The notes under the pieces: model-generated | Databases searched by the model: none | What the model saw: only the letters and a program-made list of their open reading frames with translations | What the model was told of the DNA's origin: nothing | Part shown: positions 6,287-8,112 of the stretch, in pieces | Position numbering within the stretch: the first letter of the stretch is position 1 | Layout: each line of letters begins with the position of its first letter | From: a virus | Taxonomy: Duplodnaviria; Heunggongvirae; Uroviricota; Caudoviricetes | Length of the DNA: 8,112 nucleotides | Reading direction: 5' to 3' (one strand) | Virus record (IMG/VR): IMGVR_UViG_2925877141_000003 | Program-made: the position numbers and the translations under genes

Positions 6287-6963
6287 CACCGGACATTATC
6301 CTGCAGCGTACCGGGATCGACATGAGAGCTGTCGAACAGGGGGATGATGCGTGGCACAAATTACGGCTCGGCGTCATCACCGCTTCAGAAGTTCACAATG
6401 TGATAGCAAAACCCCGCTCCGGAAAGAAATGGCCTGACATGAAAATGTCCTACTTCCACACCCTGCTGGCTGAGGTTTGCACCGGTGTGGCTCCGGAAGT
6501 TAACGCTAAGGCGCTGGCCTGGGGAAAACAGTACGAGAACGACGCCAGAGCCCTGTTTGAGTTTACTTCCGGCGTTAATGTTACTGAATCCCCGATCATC
6601 TATCGCGACGAAAGTATGCGTACCGCCTGCTCTCCCGATGGTTTATGCAGTGACGGCAATGGCCTTGAGCTGAAATGCCCGTTTACCTCCCGGGATTTCA
6701 TGAAGTTCCGGCTCGGTGGTTTCGAGGCCATAAAGTCGGCTTACATGGCCCAGGTGCAGTACAGCATGTGGGTGACGCGAAAAGATGCCTGGTACTTTGC
6801 CAACTATGACCCGCGTATGAAGCGTGAAGGCCTGCATTATGTCGTGGTTGAGCGGGATGAAAAGTACATGGCGAGTTTTGACGAGATGGTGCCGGAGTTC
6901 ATCGAAAAAATGGACGAGGCACTGGCTGAAATTGGTTTTGTATTTGGGGAGCAATGGCGATGA
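6283..6963 (+). CDS. exo: Lambda-type exonuclease (Red-alpha, Exo), full length (226 aa)
   Basis: Translation [54 protein letters not shown]...[15 protein letters not shown] is essentially lambda Exo end to end. Confidence 0.95.
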   Translation: MTPDIILQRTGIDMRAVEQGDDAWHKLRLGVITASEVHNVIAKPRSGKKWPDMKMSYFHTLLAEVCTGVAPEVNAKALAWGKQYENDARALFEFTSGVNVTESPIIYRDESMRTACSPDGLCSDGNGLELKCPFTSRDFMKFRLGGFEAIKSAYMAQVQYSMWVTRKDAWYFANYDPRMKREGLHYVVVERDEKYMASFDEMVPEFIEKMDEALAEIGFVFGEQWR

Positions 6964-7056
6964 AGCATCCTCACGATAATATCCGGGTATTCGCTCCCGG
7001 GCGGGAAACGAATTAAGGAATCTCTTGGCACAAAGGACAAGCGGCAAGCTCAGGAG

Positions 7057-8112
7057 TTGCACGACAAGCGAAAAGCAGAACTCTGGCGAGTAGAAAAGCT
7101 AGGGGATTTACCTGATGTCACTTTTGAAGAGGCCTGCCTAAGATGGCTTGAGGAAAAAGCTGATAAAAAATCTCTCGATTCAGATAAAAGCCGGATTGAG
7201 TTCTGGCTTGAACATTTTGAGGGTATAAGGCTTAAAGATATCTCGGAGGCAAAGATTTACTCTGCTGTAAGCAGAATGCATAACAGAAAGACGAAAGAAA
7301 TATGGAAACAGAAAGTTCAGGCCGCCATCAGGAAAGGTAAAGAACTGCCTGTTTATGAACCAAAGCCAGTATCAACTCAGACAAAGGCAAAGCATCTTGC
7401 CATGATAAAGGCCATTCTCCGTGCTGCAGAACGCGACTGGAAGTGGCTGGAAAAAGCGCCTGTCATCAAGATACCAGCGGTCAGAAACAAGCGAGTCAGA
7501 TGGCTGGAAAAGGAGGAAGCAAAACGCCTTATTGATGAGTGCCCCGAACCACTGAAATCTGTCGTCAAGTTTGCGCTGGCAACTGGTCTGAGAAAGTCGA
7601 ACATCATAAATCTGGAATGGCAACAAATCGACATGCAGCGACGAGTTGCCTGGGTGAATCCAGAAGAGAGCAAATCAAACCGCGCCATTGGTGTGGCGCT
7701 GAACGATACCGCCTGTAAAGTGTTGCGTGATCAAATAGGCAAGCATCACAAATGGGTGTTTGTACATACCAAGGCGGCTAAGCGAGCAGATGGAACATCA
7801 ACGCCTGCGGTCAGGAAGATGCGCATCGACAGCAAGACATCATGGCTATCAGCTTGTCGTCGTGCAGGAATTGAAGATTTCCGTTTCCATGACCTCAGAC
7901 ACACCTGGGCAAGCTGGCTGATTCAGTCAGGCGTCCCATTATCAGTGCTTCAGGAAATGGGCGGATGGGAGTCCATAGAAATGGTTCGTAGGTATGCTCA
8001 CCTTGCGCCTAATCATTTGACAGAGCATGCGAGGAAAATAGACGACATTTTTGGTGATAATGTCCCAAATATGTCCCACTCTGGAATTATGGAGGATATA
8101 AAGAAGGCGTAA
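7057..8112 (+). CDS. int: Tyrosine integrase (P22/DLP12-family), N-terminally truncated; start codon uncertain (TTG at 7057 is the first canonical start)
   Basis: Catalytic signature [10 protein letters not shown] and LAPNHL with the Tyr in RRYAHL; stop TAA at 8110-8112. In-frame integrase-like sequence [27 protein letters not shown] already begins near 6988, directly after the exo stop, with no ATG or GTG. Confidence 0.85.
   Translation: MHDKRKAELWRVEKLGDLPDVTFEEACLRWLEEKADKKSLDSDKSRIEFWLEHFEGIRLKDISEAKIYSAVSRMHNRKTKEIWKQKVQAAIRKGKELPVYEPKPVSTQTKAKHLAMIKAILRAAERDWKWLEKAPVIKIPAVRNKRVRWLEKEEAKRLIDECPEPLKSVVKFALATGLRKSNIINLEWQQIDMQRRVAWVNPEESKSNRAIGVALNDTACKVLRDQIGKHHKWVFVHTKAAKRADGTSTPAVRKMRIDSKTSWLSACRRAGIEDFRFHDLRHTWASWLIQSGVPLSVLQEMGGWESIEMVRRYAHLAPNHLTEHARKIDDIFGDNVPNMSHSGIMEDIKKA

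Larger units (their letters stand above)
1..8112. mobile_element. Segment of a DLP12-like defective lambdoid prophage (nin-region genes and Q on one side, bet'-exo-int on the other)
   Basis: Gene content and order match the lambdoid nin region-Q and bet-exo-int modules, in opposite orientations as in lambda. The immunity/replication genes are absent and bet is truncated, so the element looks cryptic. Confidence 0.85.

Noticed and set aside
6067-7062. Minus-strand ORFs 6067-6357, 6114-6380, 6643-7062, 6837-7040 and plus-strand 6485-6673
   Set aside because: All overlap the near-perfect lambda bet/exo reading frames in other frames or on the opposite strand.
7372-7688. Minus-strand ORFs 7372-7626 and 7377-7688 inside the integrase gene
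   Set aside because: Antisense to the integrase catalytic domain.
1-8112. CRISPR arrays, tRNA or rRNA genes, IS elements with terminal inverted repeats
   Set aside because: No regularly spaced direct repeats, no tRNA-like cloverleaf candidates and no transposase-like ORF seen on reading the sequence. The tRNA attachment site expected next to int would lie beyond position 8112.

Overview
This window is an internal segment of a DLP12-like defective lambdoid prophage (Escherichia/enterobacterial type) that carries about 4 kb of AT-rich foreign cargo where lambda normally has its recombination-accessory, immunity and replication genes. Left arm, minus strand, tightly coupled: ybcN, ninE, ybcO, rusA, ylcG and the Q antiterminator quuD. 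The rusA copy carries an in-frame TAA that removes the last 24 codons. Right arm, plus strand: a 3' remnant of bet, an intact lambda-type exo, and a P22/DLP12-family tyrosine integrase whose conserved N-terminal strand and canonical start codon are missing. The cargo (about 2040-6090) encodes two defence-like proteins, each with its own AT-rich upstream region. One is a 500-aa membrane-anchored coiled-coil protein ending in a GIY-YIG/T5orf172 nuclease-like domain (DUF4041 or SNIPE-like architecture, named from memory). The other is a 515-aa SAMHD1-like HD-domain dNTP triphosphohydrolase homologue. I regard this pair as the most interesting content: a candidate anti-phage cargo module in a cryptic prophage. 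No rRNA, tRNA or CRISPR array was seen. All protein identifications rest on reading the supplied translations and on recalled family motifs; no database search was run.
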